Shown here piece by piece: positions 29,308 through 39,266 of a stretch of DNA of 64,000 nt. Position 1 is the first letter of the stretch. Each line of letters begins with the position of its first letter. The position numbers and the translations under genes were made by a program. The stretch is from a virus: positions 1 to 64,000 of IMG/VR virus record IMGVR_UViG_3300022752_004319. One strand, given 5' to 3'. The notes below the pieces were generated by a model. That model worked only from the letters and a program-made list of their open reading frames with translations. It searched no databases and was not told the origin of the DNA.

Positions 29308-30030
29308 TTATTCTCCTAAAATTATGTGTTTTATGGAGTTTTTTAAATGATTAAAATTTTTATTGAAAAAAGTAGCATTCATTCCCCACTTTATACATTC
29401 AAAATCTTGACTTTCCAAATAGGACTTGATATTGTTTGGTGTTTCAATATTTGAATATTGACCATTGGTTGAAGTTTCGACATCGATGTAAATTACTTTA
29501 TCTTTAAGATAATTTCCAGCACCAAGTAATACATTGAAATCTGAAGATTGTGCATCAACTTTTAAATGCTCAATACAATCAAATCGGTGCCAAGGAATAC
29601 GGTCAAAAAAAGATTTCAAAGTGATCACAGGTATTTGAATAACTTTTTTCACCCCAAAAAAATTTGGTTTGAATAAACTTGAAGTCCCAGAATCACCTTC
29701 AGTACAATAAAAATCTTCATTTTCAGACAGATAATTTGAAACAGCACAATTCAAATAAAAAAAAGACTTACCAATTTTATTCGGATTCAAATGATATTCC
29801 CAGATTTTTTCTCCAGAATGAAGATGCTCAATATTAAAAATGTTTGGTTCAAAACCGAAAACACACACTTCAGGATCGTCATTAATCCAAACCTCTGAGT
29901 TTGGTGCGTTTATAGAAAGTCCAACGTCCAATTTAATTTTGGTTGCCCATTCTGGAACATAAATAAATTCATCTTTTAATAACGGATGAAGAATATTTTT
30001 TATTTTGTTTTCTATTTCATTGTGTTCCAC
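29308..30030 (-). CDS. FkbM-family methyltransferase-like
   Basis: LDVGLS, FGFEPN, GTSSL, LKVDAQSSD. Confidence 0.75.
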   Translation of the reverse strand: MEHNEIENKIKNILHPLLKDEFIYVPEWATKIKLDVGLSINAPNSEVWINDDPEVCVFGFEPNIFNIEHLHSGEKIWEYHLNPNKIGKSFFYLNCAVSNYLSENEDFYCTEGDSGTSSLFKPNFFGVKKVIQIPVITLKSFFDRIPWHRFDCIEHLKVDAQSSDFNVLLGAGNYLKDKVIYIDVETSTNGQYSNIETPNNIKSYLESQDFECIKWGMNATFFNKNFNHLKNSIKHIILGE

Positions 30031-31235
30031 GGGTCTATTATTATTTTGGAATTTAATTGTTCTTTATATTTTTGAAACAATGTAGTATTTGTGTGTGCAA
30101 GAACAATCACATCACATTGATTTAAAAATTCATCAAACTGTTCGGTTGTAAAATCTGTATCAACTAAGTCATCACAACCTAAAATTTGGTAATTATTTGA
30201 TTTTAGATGTTCATATAAAATATAGGATGCGGACTCTGTAGTAACAGAAGTTTTTGGTTTGAATGACAATCCAAAAATACCAATAACTTTGTCAGTATAT
30301 TGACTAACTTTTTCGATTAAGAGTTTATTTTGATTTTCATTTATTTTTTGAGTAGCGATTATATGATCCGCATTTAAACCCAACTTTTCTGATAAATTAA
30401 TAAATGCCCAAGTATCTCTTGGAAAACAAGTGCCACCAAAAGACAAACCACTATTCAAGTAGTGAGGTGAAATACGTTTGTCATAACCTAATGCTTTGGT
30501 AATATTTTTGGGATTACAGTCTAACTTTTCCGCAACATTACCCAAAAAATTAGCAAAACTAATTTTCATTGTAATATAAGCATTCAAACTCACTTTACTA
30601 ATTTCAGCCTCCATTAATGACATTTTTACAATTGGTGCATTATTCTTCAAAATTTTTTGATAAATAGTTTCACCTAATTGACCGTATTTCTCATTTGATT
30701 GACCCATTATTAATACGTCTGGATTTTCAAAATCGTAAATCACATTACCCAAAGCGACAAGATCTGGTATGTATAATAAACCAAAACCATTATTTAAGGA
30801 TCTTGATGAATTTTTTTCAATAATTTCAATTATTTTTTTATGTGTTTCGGGCATAACAGTAGAACTAATAATAAATAAAAAATCCTCACTATCACACTCT
30901 TTGAGTGATTTGGCAATTGTTTCAACAGATTGAAACACATAATCATTGGAAAAGGTACCATCAGATTTTGAGGGGGTGTTGACTAGTATAATTGCAACAT
31001 CTGTCTCAGAAACTAAACGACTAGTGTCGCTTTCTACGGTTATATTATCAATATACCTATTATAGAATAGTTCCAAATCTGGTTCAAAAAAAGGAATTGA
31101 ATTTTTTTTCAACAAATCAATTTTATTTTTATCAATGTCAAACCCAATAATCTTTTGTCCATTTTTTGCAAATGTTACAAGTAAGGGTAATCCTAATTTA
31201 CCTAAACCAACTATACTTATTTTTTCAATCCTCAT
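30012..31235 (-). CDS. UDP-glucose/GDP-mannose 6-dehydrogenase family
   Basis: GLGKLG, VNTP, SSTVMP, KISFAN, FGGTCFPRD (catalytic Cys), GLSFKP. Confidence 0.9.
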   Translation of the reverse strand: MRIEKISIVGLGKLGLPLLVTFAKNGQKIIGFDIDKNKIDLLKKNSIPFFEPDLELFYNRYIDNITVESDTSRLVSETDVAIILVNTPSKSDGTFSNDYVFQSVETIAKSLKECDSEDFLFIISSTVMPETHKKIIEIIEKNSSRSLNNGFGLLYIPDLVALGNVIYDFENPDVLIMGQSNEKYGQLGETIYQKILKNNAPIVKMSLMEAEISKVSLNAYITMKISFANFLGNVAEKLDCNPKNITKALGYDKRISPHYLNSGLSFGGTCFPRDTWAFINLSEKLGLNADHIIATQKINENQNKLLIEKVSQYTDKVIGIFGLSFKPKTSVTTESASYILYEHLKSNNYQILGCDDLVDTDFTTEQFDEFLNQCDVIVLAHTNTTLFQKYKEQLNSKIIIDPWNTMK

Positions 31236-32338
31236 AATTTGTCATTTATTTCTTTTAATGCGTTGTAAACGGATTCATTATCTTCTTCAGTACCACAAGC
31301 TATTCTTAAAAATGAATCATCCAAATCTAACTTATCATTTAGAATTCTAGTATAAATTTTTTTATCAAATAATAAATAAGAAAATACTTTATTCACGTTT
31401 TCAAAACAGTCAACAATAAAAAAGTTAGCGTAAGATTTATAGACTTTGAATTTGTCCAATTTAAGTAAATTTGTGTAAAATTTTTCTCGGTTATCCAAGT
31501 ATCTTTCTCTTGCCTTTTGATAATCTTCTTTGAAGATTGGATCATTCATCAATTCTAAAAATATTTGAGCAAGTCCATTGATATTCCAACACAATCCATA
31601 CTTAGAAAAAATTTTGTTACTTATTTTAGGATCACAAACTGAATAACCTAAACGAAGACCTGCGATTCCAAAATCTTTGGATAGACTCCTAATTACAATT
31701 AAGTTTCTATTTGTATAAACATCAGTCTCCACACTATGTGATTTATCGAAAAAATCTATAAAACTTTCGTCGACTACGACTGAAACTTTTTTTAACTCTC
31801 TGATGATGTATTTGATGTCGTTCTTTTTCATAATTGTTCCAGTGGGGTTATTTGGATTAACTATGATGAGAACTTCTACTTGGTTACTAAGACAAAACTC
31901 GACTAAACTTTTTTTATCAACATAAAAGTTGTTTTCTTTGTAAGTTTTAAAAAAAACTATATTATCAATATCGTATTCATAGTAGGTTGAAAAGGTTGGA
32001 GTTATTATACATTTCTTTTTCCCTTCGAACTCTCTCATAATGAGTTCTATAAGTTGAATTGCTCCATTTCCAATTAATAAATATTCAGGATTTATATCAA
32101 TGTTTTTTGATAATAAATTGGATAAGATTTTATTTTGAGGGGGGTAGTATTTGATATAATCAGTAAGATCTATTTTTTTGAAATTATCCATAAATAATTC
32201 AAATGCGTACGGATTACATAAAAAACACGCATCAACTGAAACGTCTATTTTCAAATCGTTTTTTAATTCATATACCGAAGGTGAATGAAGACCTGAGTCA
32301 GATTTAAGTTTTAAAAATTTTTCATAACTATCATTCAT
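31232..32338 (-). CDS. PLP-dependent class I/II aminotransferase or decarboxylase (HisC/CobD-like)
   Basis: GNGA, NPNNPTG, VDESF, RSLSKDFGIAGLRLG. Confidence 0.85.
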   Translation of the reverse strand: MNDSYEKFLKLKSDSGLHSPSVYELKNDLKIDVSVDACFLCNPYAFELFMDNFKKIDLTDYIKYYPPQNKILSNLLSKNIDINPEYLLIGNGAIQLIELIMREFEGKKKCIITPTFSTYYEYDIDNIVFFKTYKENNFYVDKKSLVEFCLSNQVEVLIIVNPNNPTGTIMKKNDIKYIIRELKKVSVVVDESFIDFFDKSHSVETDVYTNRNLIVIRSLSKDFGIAGLRLGYSVCDPKISNKIFSKYGLCWNINGLAQIFLELMNDPIFKEDYQKARERYLDNREKFYTNLLKLDKFKVYKSYANFFIVDCFENVNKVFSYLLFDKKIYTRILNDKLDLDDSFLRIACGTEEDNESVYNALKEINDKL

Positions 32339-33669
32339 ATAAGAGACACGGTTTTAAATTTATTTGAACTTGGATCTCTATCTAAGTGATTTTTTTTATG
32401 AATAGTAATTTGTATGTCACCCAATCTGTTTTTCATTTCTTGTAACAATTTATTTTCCAGATCCTGGGTATAATTATAATTAGGCACTAGATAAAAATCT
32501 ACATCTTTAGTTTCTCTTTTTTGAATTATTTGAAATAAATCAACACAATCGTATTTTGACATAAAGGAATAAAAATTTACAGCAGGGACAAGTGAATTTT
32601 TTTCTGTAACTAACATATCCCCATTTCGACCTAGTATTCTTTTGATTGTTTTGGGAAATGCACCATCTAAAATTGGATTTTCAAGTCTTTCAACTATATC
32701 GTTAGTTTTATATCTGATCAAAGGCATAACTTTGTTATAAAAACCTGATCCTAAAATCGTATTATTATCATCGTATTCTGTGAATGAATATATCAAATTT
32801 TCCTTGTAATAATCATTCTGATTGTCTTGGTGAGCAAATGCAACTTTTTCTACTTGACCATAGTGCATTCTAATTTTTATTCCAAAAGTATCGTAAATTA
32901 CTTCTTCCCATTGAGGTAGACACATTTCAGAAGCTGCATGAATAAATTTTAAATATCGAAGTTTCAAATTGTACTTTCGACATAACAAGGCAAAATAATA
33001 TATTGTTGATGGGTATGATACCAATATTTTTGATTTTTGTTTGTTAAAATATTCGACATACGAAAAAATTGTTTCATCATTCAAATGGAATGCCGACATA
33101 TAACTTCGATTTAATTCGTAATCAATAAAAAAAATCGGATCACCTTCATTTGGTGAATATCTTCTAATCCATATAGAATGGTCTTGATATAATTTAGCGC
33201 CGTGATCCAAATACGCATTTTCTATAATTGCACATTCTATCTTGAACAAATCATCTGAACCTAATACAACTAATCTTTTACCAGTCGTTCCAGAAGTATT
33301 CATTTTATATTGTTTTCCTTTGTATTCTGTGGATATTAAATCATCATAATTTTCAATTATTAAATCTTTGGTTAATTCTGGTAAAATTTTTAAGTCATCA
33401 AAATCTTTAATATTTGGATCAAAACCATATTGACGAAATACTTTTTGGTAATAAGGAACTGATGAATTACAATATTTTAAAACATTTTTTAATGTATTTA
33501 ATTGATAATTTTTTGTCTCATCATATGTCCATTTTTTTGATTGGTTAATCAAAAACCAAAATTCATTATAGGTTTTCCCATAACGATGTTTAAATGGTAT
33601 TATTTTGTAAACAATTTTTTTTACAAAATTTGGTTGTTTTTCTATTAAAAATTTTAAACTACTAGCCAT
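32335..33669 (-). CDS. CapK / phenylacetate-CoA ligase-like adenylating enzyme
   Basis: VPYY, LTKD, TSGTTG, HYGQVE, MPLIRYKTND, GRNGD. Confidence 0.82.
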   Translation of the reverse strand: MASSLKFLIEKQPNFVKKIVYKIIPFKHRYGKTYNEFWFLINQSKKWTYDETKNYQLNTLKNVLKYCNSSVPYYQKVFRQYGFDPNIKDFDDLKILPELTKDLIIENYDDLISTEYKGKQYKMNTSGTTGKRLVVLGSDDLFKIECAIIENAYLDHGAKLYQDHSIWIRRYSPNEGDPIFFIDYELNRSYMSAFHLNDETIFSYVEYFNKQKSKILVSYPSTIYYFALLCRKYNLKLRYLKFIHAASEMCLPQWEEVIYDTFGIKIRMHYGQVEKVAFAHQDNQNDYYKENLIYSFTEYDDNNTILGSGFYNKVMPLIRYKTNDIVERLENPILDGAFPKTIKRILGRNGDMLVTEKNSLVPAVNFYSFMSKYDCVDLFQIIQKRETKDVDFYLVPNYNYTQDLENKLLQEMKNRLGDIQITIHKKNHLDRDPSSNKFKTVSLI

Positions 33670-34309
33670 TTTTCCTTTTGAAGAAATAATTTTCAGTATC
33701 TAATACCAAGAAATTTTCATAATTAATTTTATTCATAAAGTCAAAAATATCTTCTGATTTATATCCTCTTGTTGTAAGTGCATGATTAATTTCCACACAA
33801 ATAGTGATGTTATTATTTAGTAACAAATTTATCCCACCTAACAAAATTTCGTAGTCATAACCATCCGCGTCTATTTTTATAAAATCTGGTATAACTTGAT
33901 TTACTTTTACGTACTCATCCAAAGTCATAAAATTGTAAATTTCTTCAAATGGATCTTGACCCCAAATTTTGTATATTTTTTCGGTGAAATAACCAACCTT
34001 ACTTCCAAATCCAAGTTTTTCTGTTTTTACAGACTCTATGTTATTTTTTTGTAAATTTGGTAACAAATAGTTTTCGTATGTGTCTGTGGGCTCAAAGGAA
34101 TACACAGTTGAACATTTCTGACTAAATAAGATGCTATACAAACCTACGTGAGCTCCAATGTCAAAAATTATGTTTTCTTTTCTCAAATTTTTTAAAAACC
34201 AGTCTCGTGTTTCTGGTTCTACATACCGACCATTATTTGAGTAGTAGGACTCAAATACTGGATAAAAATCAAGATAAAAAGATTTCTCTTCAATCGGAAA
34301 TAGTATCAT
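33662..34309 (-). CDS. FkbM-family methyltransferase
   Basis: FDIGAHVGLYS, YSFEP, IKIDADGYD. Confidence 0.85.
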   Translation of the reverse strand: MILFPIEEKSFYLDFYPVFESYYSNNGRYVEPETRDWFLKNLRKENIIFDIGAHVGLYSILFSQKCSTVYSFEPTDTYENYLLPNLQKNNIESVKTEKLGFGSKVGYFTEKIYKIWGQDPFEEIYNFMTLDEYVKVNQVIPDFIKIDADGYDYEILLGGINLLLNNNITICVEINHALTTRGYKSEDIFDFMNKINYENFLVLDTENYFFKRKNG

Positions 34310-36017
34310 TGATAATTTGTTTTGGATAAATGAAAATTACACCTGAATTTACACAATCAATTTCTTGATTATAATAAAATTCATACGAACCATAAATTTT
34401 ATTCAATTGTGTGTGTATGAATTCCAAACAAAGAGTTTGATCCCCGTACTTATCATACCCGAATTTAGCTTTTCCGTTCTCATCTGGTACAAAAAAATCG
34501 TGTATTATTATAACAGGTTTAATTCCTTTTTTATGTATAGCTTCTAATTCTTCAAGTAGTGGTAATGGTTCAGGATCCCAATGTGAGTCTATAAAAAACA
34601 AATAATTTTCATTTTCTTGGACTTCCATATTATTTAAAAAATCTATACTACTAGAATTGTGTAACCTCAAATTTTCATAATGTAAATTTGATTTTGCATA
34701 ATTAAAAAATTCAGTATTAATTTCTACAGATTCAACTGGGACACCAAATGTACACATAATTTTTGTTGACCATCCCAAGTAAGTTCCTGTTTCAATAATT
34801 TTATTTATATTGAAAGTTTTTATTAAATTAGAAAATTCTTCGTATAATTTTTTATCTTCTAGTGCTCCTTTTTCCATTTTGTTTGATAGTTTAAATAAAA
34901 TTTCTTCCCAATCTTGATATGGTGAATTTAAGTATTCTGTCTCATCATAGTTTTTAAGTAATTTATGATCTAACTGAACCACATCATCGTGAAGAATCAT
35001 CCGTCCTTCCTTACTTACCGCAGTTTCTGGTTTTCTGACAAAATCATGATGATAAATAGTATATTTTTGTGCCCAATTAAATACTTTTTTATATTTTTTA
35101 CCCAAAATAAGAAACATAAAATTATCACAAGTTGGTGCACTACCAACAGGTATTGTGAACGGAAAGTCATCTTCAGTTATATGTAGTGGGGTTTTGAAAC
35201 ACCAAGCGTCGGCAAATTCCCCACGTTCCCAGGCTCGTTCATCTCTGAATTGTAGTACATCATTAATATATTCTGTACGAGATAAAGCCAAACAAACTTG
35301 ATTGTCAAGTCTATTAAAAAAATTTTGTTTGACTGTTTTCCATTCATCTGTGACTGGAATAAAAATATCTAAATTCATTACCACAACAACTTTATCAATG
35401 GCAACTAAATTTTGTGTGTATTTAATAAAGTTATTAAAAGTGAACCTAGTCGAATTTTCAAGTATAACTGAAATTTTCGAAGAATTATTTAATCTAGTTT
35501 GTATAAAATGTTGAAAGTATTCTAAGTTGTTACTATAAACCAAATTATTACAAACCAAAAATATTTTCTCTACTGAAGGGTTTTCGATATTTTTTTTAAT
35601 ACAAAATAAATATTCTTCTAATCTTAGTTCGTTTTTTTCGACAAAAATTTCACAAAAAACAATAATTTTATTGTTGTCAATTATTTCATACACATGGTCG
35701 TCTTTTTTTTCAAAAAAAACTTCAGAATTAATACCTTTATCATCTATGAACAAATCTCCGTTAAATTTCACACCAGTTCGTAATTCGTGAAACTTTAAAC
35801 CATAACCAACCAACTGATTGTATGTTGGTTCATACCAATTTTTTTTGGACACACAACCTCTAGCTGTTTCTACAATAATATAATGTCCTTCATCATAAAG
35901 ATCATTGACAATATTAATACGTTCGGTTATAGGTTTTGCGTTCAAATAATCCCAATCACCTTGATTATTTTTTAACGTGAGACAAAGAGTATTATCTAGA
36001 TCAAAAACATATCTCAT
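34290..36017 (-). CDS. Three-domain fusion: capsule-type HAD phosphatase, unknown GT-A-like domain, SAM methyltransferase
   Basis: VFDLDNTLC, TARG, FIDDK; middle NLDIF...DAW...CDN; C-terminal IETGTYLGWS, IDSH, IHDF. Start 36017 (or 36026). Confidence 0.7.
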   Translation of the reverse strand: MRYVFDLDNTLCLTLKNNQGDWDYLNAKPITERINIVNDLYDEGHYIIVETARGCVSKKNWYEPTYNQLVGYGLKFHELRTGVKFNGDLFIDDKGINSEVFFEKKDDHVYEIIDNNKIIVFCEIFVEKNELRLEEYLFCIKKNIENPSVEKIFLVCNNLVYSNNLEYFQHFIQTRLNNSSKISVILENSTRFTFNNFIKYTQNLVAIDKVVVVMNLDIFIPVTDEWKTVKQNFFNRLDNQVCLALSRTEYINDVLQFRDERAWERGEFADAWCFKTPLHITEDDFPFTIPVGSAPTCDNFMFLILGKKYKKVFNWAQKYTIYHHDFVRKPETAVSKEGRMILHDDVVQLDHKLLKNYDETEYLNSPYQDWEEILFKLSNKMEKGALEDKKLYEEFSNLIKTFNINKIIETGTYLGWSTKIMCTFGVPVESVEINTEFFNYAKSNLHYENLRLHNSSSIDFLNNMEVQENENYLFFIDSHWDPEPLPLLEELEAIHKKGIKPVIIIHDFFVPDENGKAKFGYDKYGDQTLCLEFIHTQLNKIYGSYEFYYNQEIDCVNSGVIFIYPKQIINDTISD

Positions 36018-36018
36018 A

Positions 36019-36897
36019 TTATTCATTTTCATACTTAATCCAGTGATCGTAACGATAGACATCTTCACTATTGTGTTGTAGAGACGATCCCCACCATTTT
36101 TTTGGCATAAAAACTTTTTTATCTACATTCAATGGATTGAGCCAAGCAGCCCACCAAGAAAAAGTACTAACACCAATAATATTTACATCACAAACTGACA
36201 TTAAAGAAAAATCTTTCAAATGTGATAATACTGAATTTGTATTATTAACAAACATAATATTTGTACCGTAAAATTTATTTTTACACCACTCAATATCGTC
36301 AGAAAAAATTAAAATACCATCATTTTCATTTGTATTTTCGTTCAGAATACGTTTGTAATAGTTGTTGATTGACAAGTTTGCATTAAATGCATGATTGTCA
36401 AGTGTTAAATCTCCTCTTCTGATATGAACAGAAACTATCTTGTCATAATTTTTTTTTAATTGTTCAAGATAACTTGATGAGTAATCAAATAATTCATTAG
36501 TAAATCTCAACTCGGTTTTTAGTTCATTTTTGTAAGCATCAACATACTCCTTAGCTTGAAAGTAACCATGAAGACAAGTACCATTTGGTAATTCCCAAAA
36601 TTCTGGGTAATATTTTACAATATTATTTTCGTTGTAATAATTTTTTATTTTACTTCGTATTAAATAAGTAGGTTTTTTTTGACCAAATTTTAAATCAAAC
36701 AATCTAAACATATCATTATTGTAAACATCTAATTTACCGATTGTCGGATTAAATCTTCCATTTGTGTTACAATTATCATTTTCAGAGGGTATCCAAAGTT
36801 CTGTATTCAATTTTTTTGCTAAACTAAAGGCGGCAGCATACTGAAACAATTGATTACCTAAACGACCATATTTACCTATTGTTAAATTAGTAATCAT
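36019..36897 (-). CDS. GT11 alpha-1,2-fucosyltransferase-like
   Basis: GRLGNQLFQYA, GYFQ, VHIRRGD, FSDDIEWCK, STFSWWAAWLN. Confidence 0.9.
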   Translation of the reverse strand: MITNLTIGKYGRLGNQLFQYAAAFSLAKKLNTELWIPSENDNCNTNGRFNPTIGKLDVYNNDMFRLFDLKFGQKKPTYLIRSKIKNYYNENNIVKYYPEFWELPNGTCLHGYFQAKEYVDAYKNELKTELRFTNELFDYSSSYLEQLKKNYDKIVSVHIRRGDLTLDNHAFNANLSINNYYKRILNENTNENDGILIFSDDIEWCKNKFYGTNIMFVNNTNSVLSHLKDFSLMSVCDVNIIGVSTFSWWAAWLNPLNVDKKVFMPKKWWGSSLQHNSEDVYRYDHWIKYENE

Positions 36898-37619
36898 CTA
36901 GTTAATTGATTTAATTTATTTTTATTTCGTACTTCAGATGCGGTTTTTGATTGTTCGAACAATCCACCAGCTGGACTATTATTTTTATGATCGTTGTAAG
37001 GTGAATTTTCATTATACACATATAAAGTTTTATCCAAAAATTTATAATGTTTTTTACCACAAAGTTCTAATAATGGAAATGAGTATGCAACGTCAGCACC
37101 AGATTTATAATATTCATTATTTTCATCTAAAAAGTTTTCTTTCGGTATATTTTTCCATAAGAATGACTTCCAAGTTCTTAAATGTGAAAATCTAAAAGCA
37201 TCCTTCCTGATCGTATCAGGATTACATTCTTGAGAAAATCCGGGATTTCCATTACTGTACATAAAAGACCCGTTGGTTAACCAAATATTTTTGTCAGAAT
37301 AGGTTTTATTAATAAATGATAATACATCATTACCTAGAAGAAAATCATCAGCATCCACTTCAACTACAATATCTTCATCATCAAATTGAGATATTAATTC
37401 GTCCATATTTTTTAACTTGAACTTTTTTTCATCGTTCTTGATTAAAGTGAACCGATCATCCCCCTCTATAAGTTCTTGTGCAAATTCATATCCACCGTCA
37501 GTAGATAAATCATCAATCATGTAAACGTGGAAGTCATTCAAAGTTTGTATCTTCAAACTTTTTACGTATGTCGAAAGATAATTTTTTGCACTCCAAAAAC
37601 ACGATACTACTTTGATCAT
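36894..37619 (-). CDS. Glycosyltransferase family 2
   Basis: IDDLSTDG, VDADDFL, SHLRTWK. Confidence 0.85.
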   Translation of the reverse strand: MIKVVSCFWSAKNYLSTYVKSLKIQTLNDFHVYMIDDLSTDGGYEFAQELIEGDDRFTLIKNDEKKFKLKNMDELISQFDDEDIVVEVDADDFLLGNDVLSFINKTYSDKNIWLTNGSFMYSNGNPGFSQECNPDTIRKDAFRFSHLRTWKSFLWKNIPKENFLDENNEYYKSGADVAYSFPLLELCGKKHYKFLDKTLYVYNENSPYNDHKNNSPAGGLFEQSKTASEVRNKNKLNQLTR

Positions 37620-37620
37620 A

Positions 37621-39264
37621 TTATATTTCTTGATTAATTACTTGATAGTATTTGTTCTCAATTAATTGACCAACAACATCACTATTAAATTTATTTAACT
37701 CGTCACTAGATGGTGGTGTGGTCAAAGTTTTTTCTATAATATTTCCAGATGAATCAACTTTATAAATCCACGCTGGTTTTCCGCAAAACCAACTTTCGAT
37801 TGTCGTGCGACCAAGTAATATACCTGCAGTTTCACTAACTCTCTTAATGTAATCTTCAGTTCTCCATGTTGAGTTAAAGTATTTGACATGGGAATTTTGT
37901 AGTAAAGTTTCTAGATAATTTGATTTGTCATCACCGACAAGCCACAATTCTTTTCCATTTTCTTTTGTATAAGAAACTAAATCCTTGATTGTGTTTTCTC
38001 TTAAGTAATCAATACTACCAACAAATAAGACCGCATTCTCGACTTGAGTATTTTTTTGAGAAAACCGTTCATTATCAACAGGATTATAAATTACAGAAGT
38101 TCTTTCTCTAGGTATTTCATAAACGTCAATAATATGTTCTTGAATTTCTGGACGAATACAAATATATTCACGAATTGTTTCATTAATTACTGGTTTTTCC
38201 AAACGTATTACTTCTGAATGAATAGTTGAAATTTTTGGAATATTCGGATAAAGTTGACAAATATAATTTGTTGTTGGTTCGTGTTGAACATGTATAATAT
38301 CAAAATTTACTTCAGATACTTTATACATCGTATTAGGTATAGATAAAACCATTCCATCTGGTGTTTTTTGACCCCATTTACCATCACCCAATTTGAACCC
38401 AGGTGGTTCTTTTAATGAGTACGTTTTGATTCCTAGTTTTTTTGCCATGTCTTCTAAAGGTCGTCCAATATCAGAAAGTACCGAGACATCATGACCTAAT
38501 TTTACAAGTGTTTTGGCTAATTCGTACACATAAACTTCGGAACCTGTAAACGTTTTAAAAAAAAGACAAGACAACAAAATTTTTAGTTTCTCTTCTTTTT
38601 TCTTGGGCAGAATTTTTGGAAGTTCATTTGAATATCTTTCAATAAATTTAACTCTATTTTCTTCCCACTTTTCGTTTGTCATACCAATAGACTTATGTGT
38701 GACACGTATGTCGAACATAACTCCGATTTGTACTCCTTCCAAAAAGTTTTGAAATGAAAAATTAACATCGTAAAAATGAAAACCCTCAACAGTTTCATCA
38801 AATCTAGTTTTAATTCTGGATTTACTTAAACAAATAAATAATCCATCAACCATAACAACGTCTTTTAGTTTATCACCTAAACTAGAACTATATTTTGATT
38901 CCCATTTTTTACCATCACTTTCATGATTGACAATACCAAACATTTTACTTCTATCTTCCCACCACATTCCACTTTTTGGTACAGACGTTGTTCCAGCTAA
39001 ACCAATTATTCCATGTGGATTTTTTTCGAAATGCCTTGTCAGTTTTTTTGCCCAATTTTTGGTGTCAAAGTAAATGTCATCGTGACATAAAACAACTATA
39101 TCATTTGAGGCTTCATTCAAAATTTCATTATAAACTTCTGTTAATGAACGACCGTTTGGATTTACTTTTTCGATAATCTCGACTTTTGGTAAACCACTTG
39201 ATTTACGAAGTAACTCTTTGAATTCTTCTGAAGAATTTCTTGTACTATATCCTATTGTAATCAT
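37621..39264 (-). CDS. Bifunctional glycosyltransferase (GT2-like N-domain plus GT-B C-domain)
   Basis: Start re-placed at MITIGYS; LCHDDI, VDGLF, FHFYD; then TGSEVYVYELAK, IYNPVD, GRTTIES. Confidence 0.8.
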   Translation of the reverse strand: MITIGYSTRNSSEEFKELLRKSSGLPKVEIIEKVNPNGRSLTEVYNEILNEASNDIVVLCHDDIYFDTKNWAKKLTRHFEKNPHGIIGLAGTTSVPKSGMWWEDRSKMFGIVNHESDGKKWESKYSSSLGDKLKDVVMVDGLFICLSKSRIKTRFDETVEGFHFYDVNFSFQNFLEGVQIGVMFDIRVTHKSIGMTNEKWEENRVKFIERYSNELPKILPKKKEEKLKILLSCLFFKTFTGSEVYVYELAKTLVKLGHDVSVLSDIGRPLEDMAKKLGIKTYSLKEPPGFKLGDGKWGQKTPDGMVLSIPNTMYKVSEVNFDIIHVQHEPTTNYICQLYPNIPKISTIHSEVIRLEKPVINETIREYICIRPEIQEHIIDVYEIPRERTSVIYNPVDNERFSQKNTQVENAVLFVGSIDYLRENTIKDLVSYTKENGKELWLVGDDKSNYLETLLQNSHVKYFNSTWRTEDYIKRVSETAGILLGRTTIESWFCGKPAWIYKVDSSGNIIEKTLTTPPSSDELNKFNSDVVGQLIENKYYQVINQEI

Positions 39265-39266
39265 AA

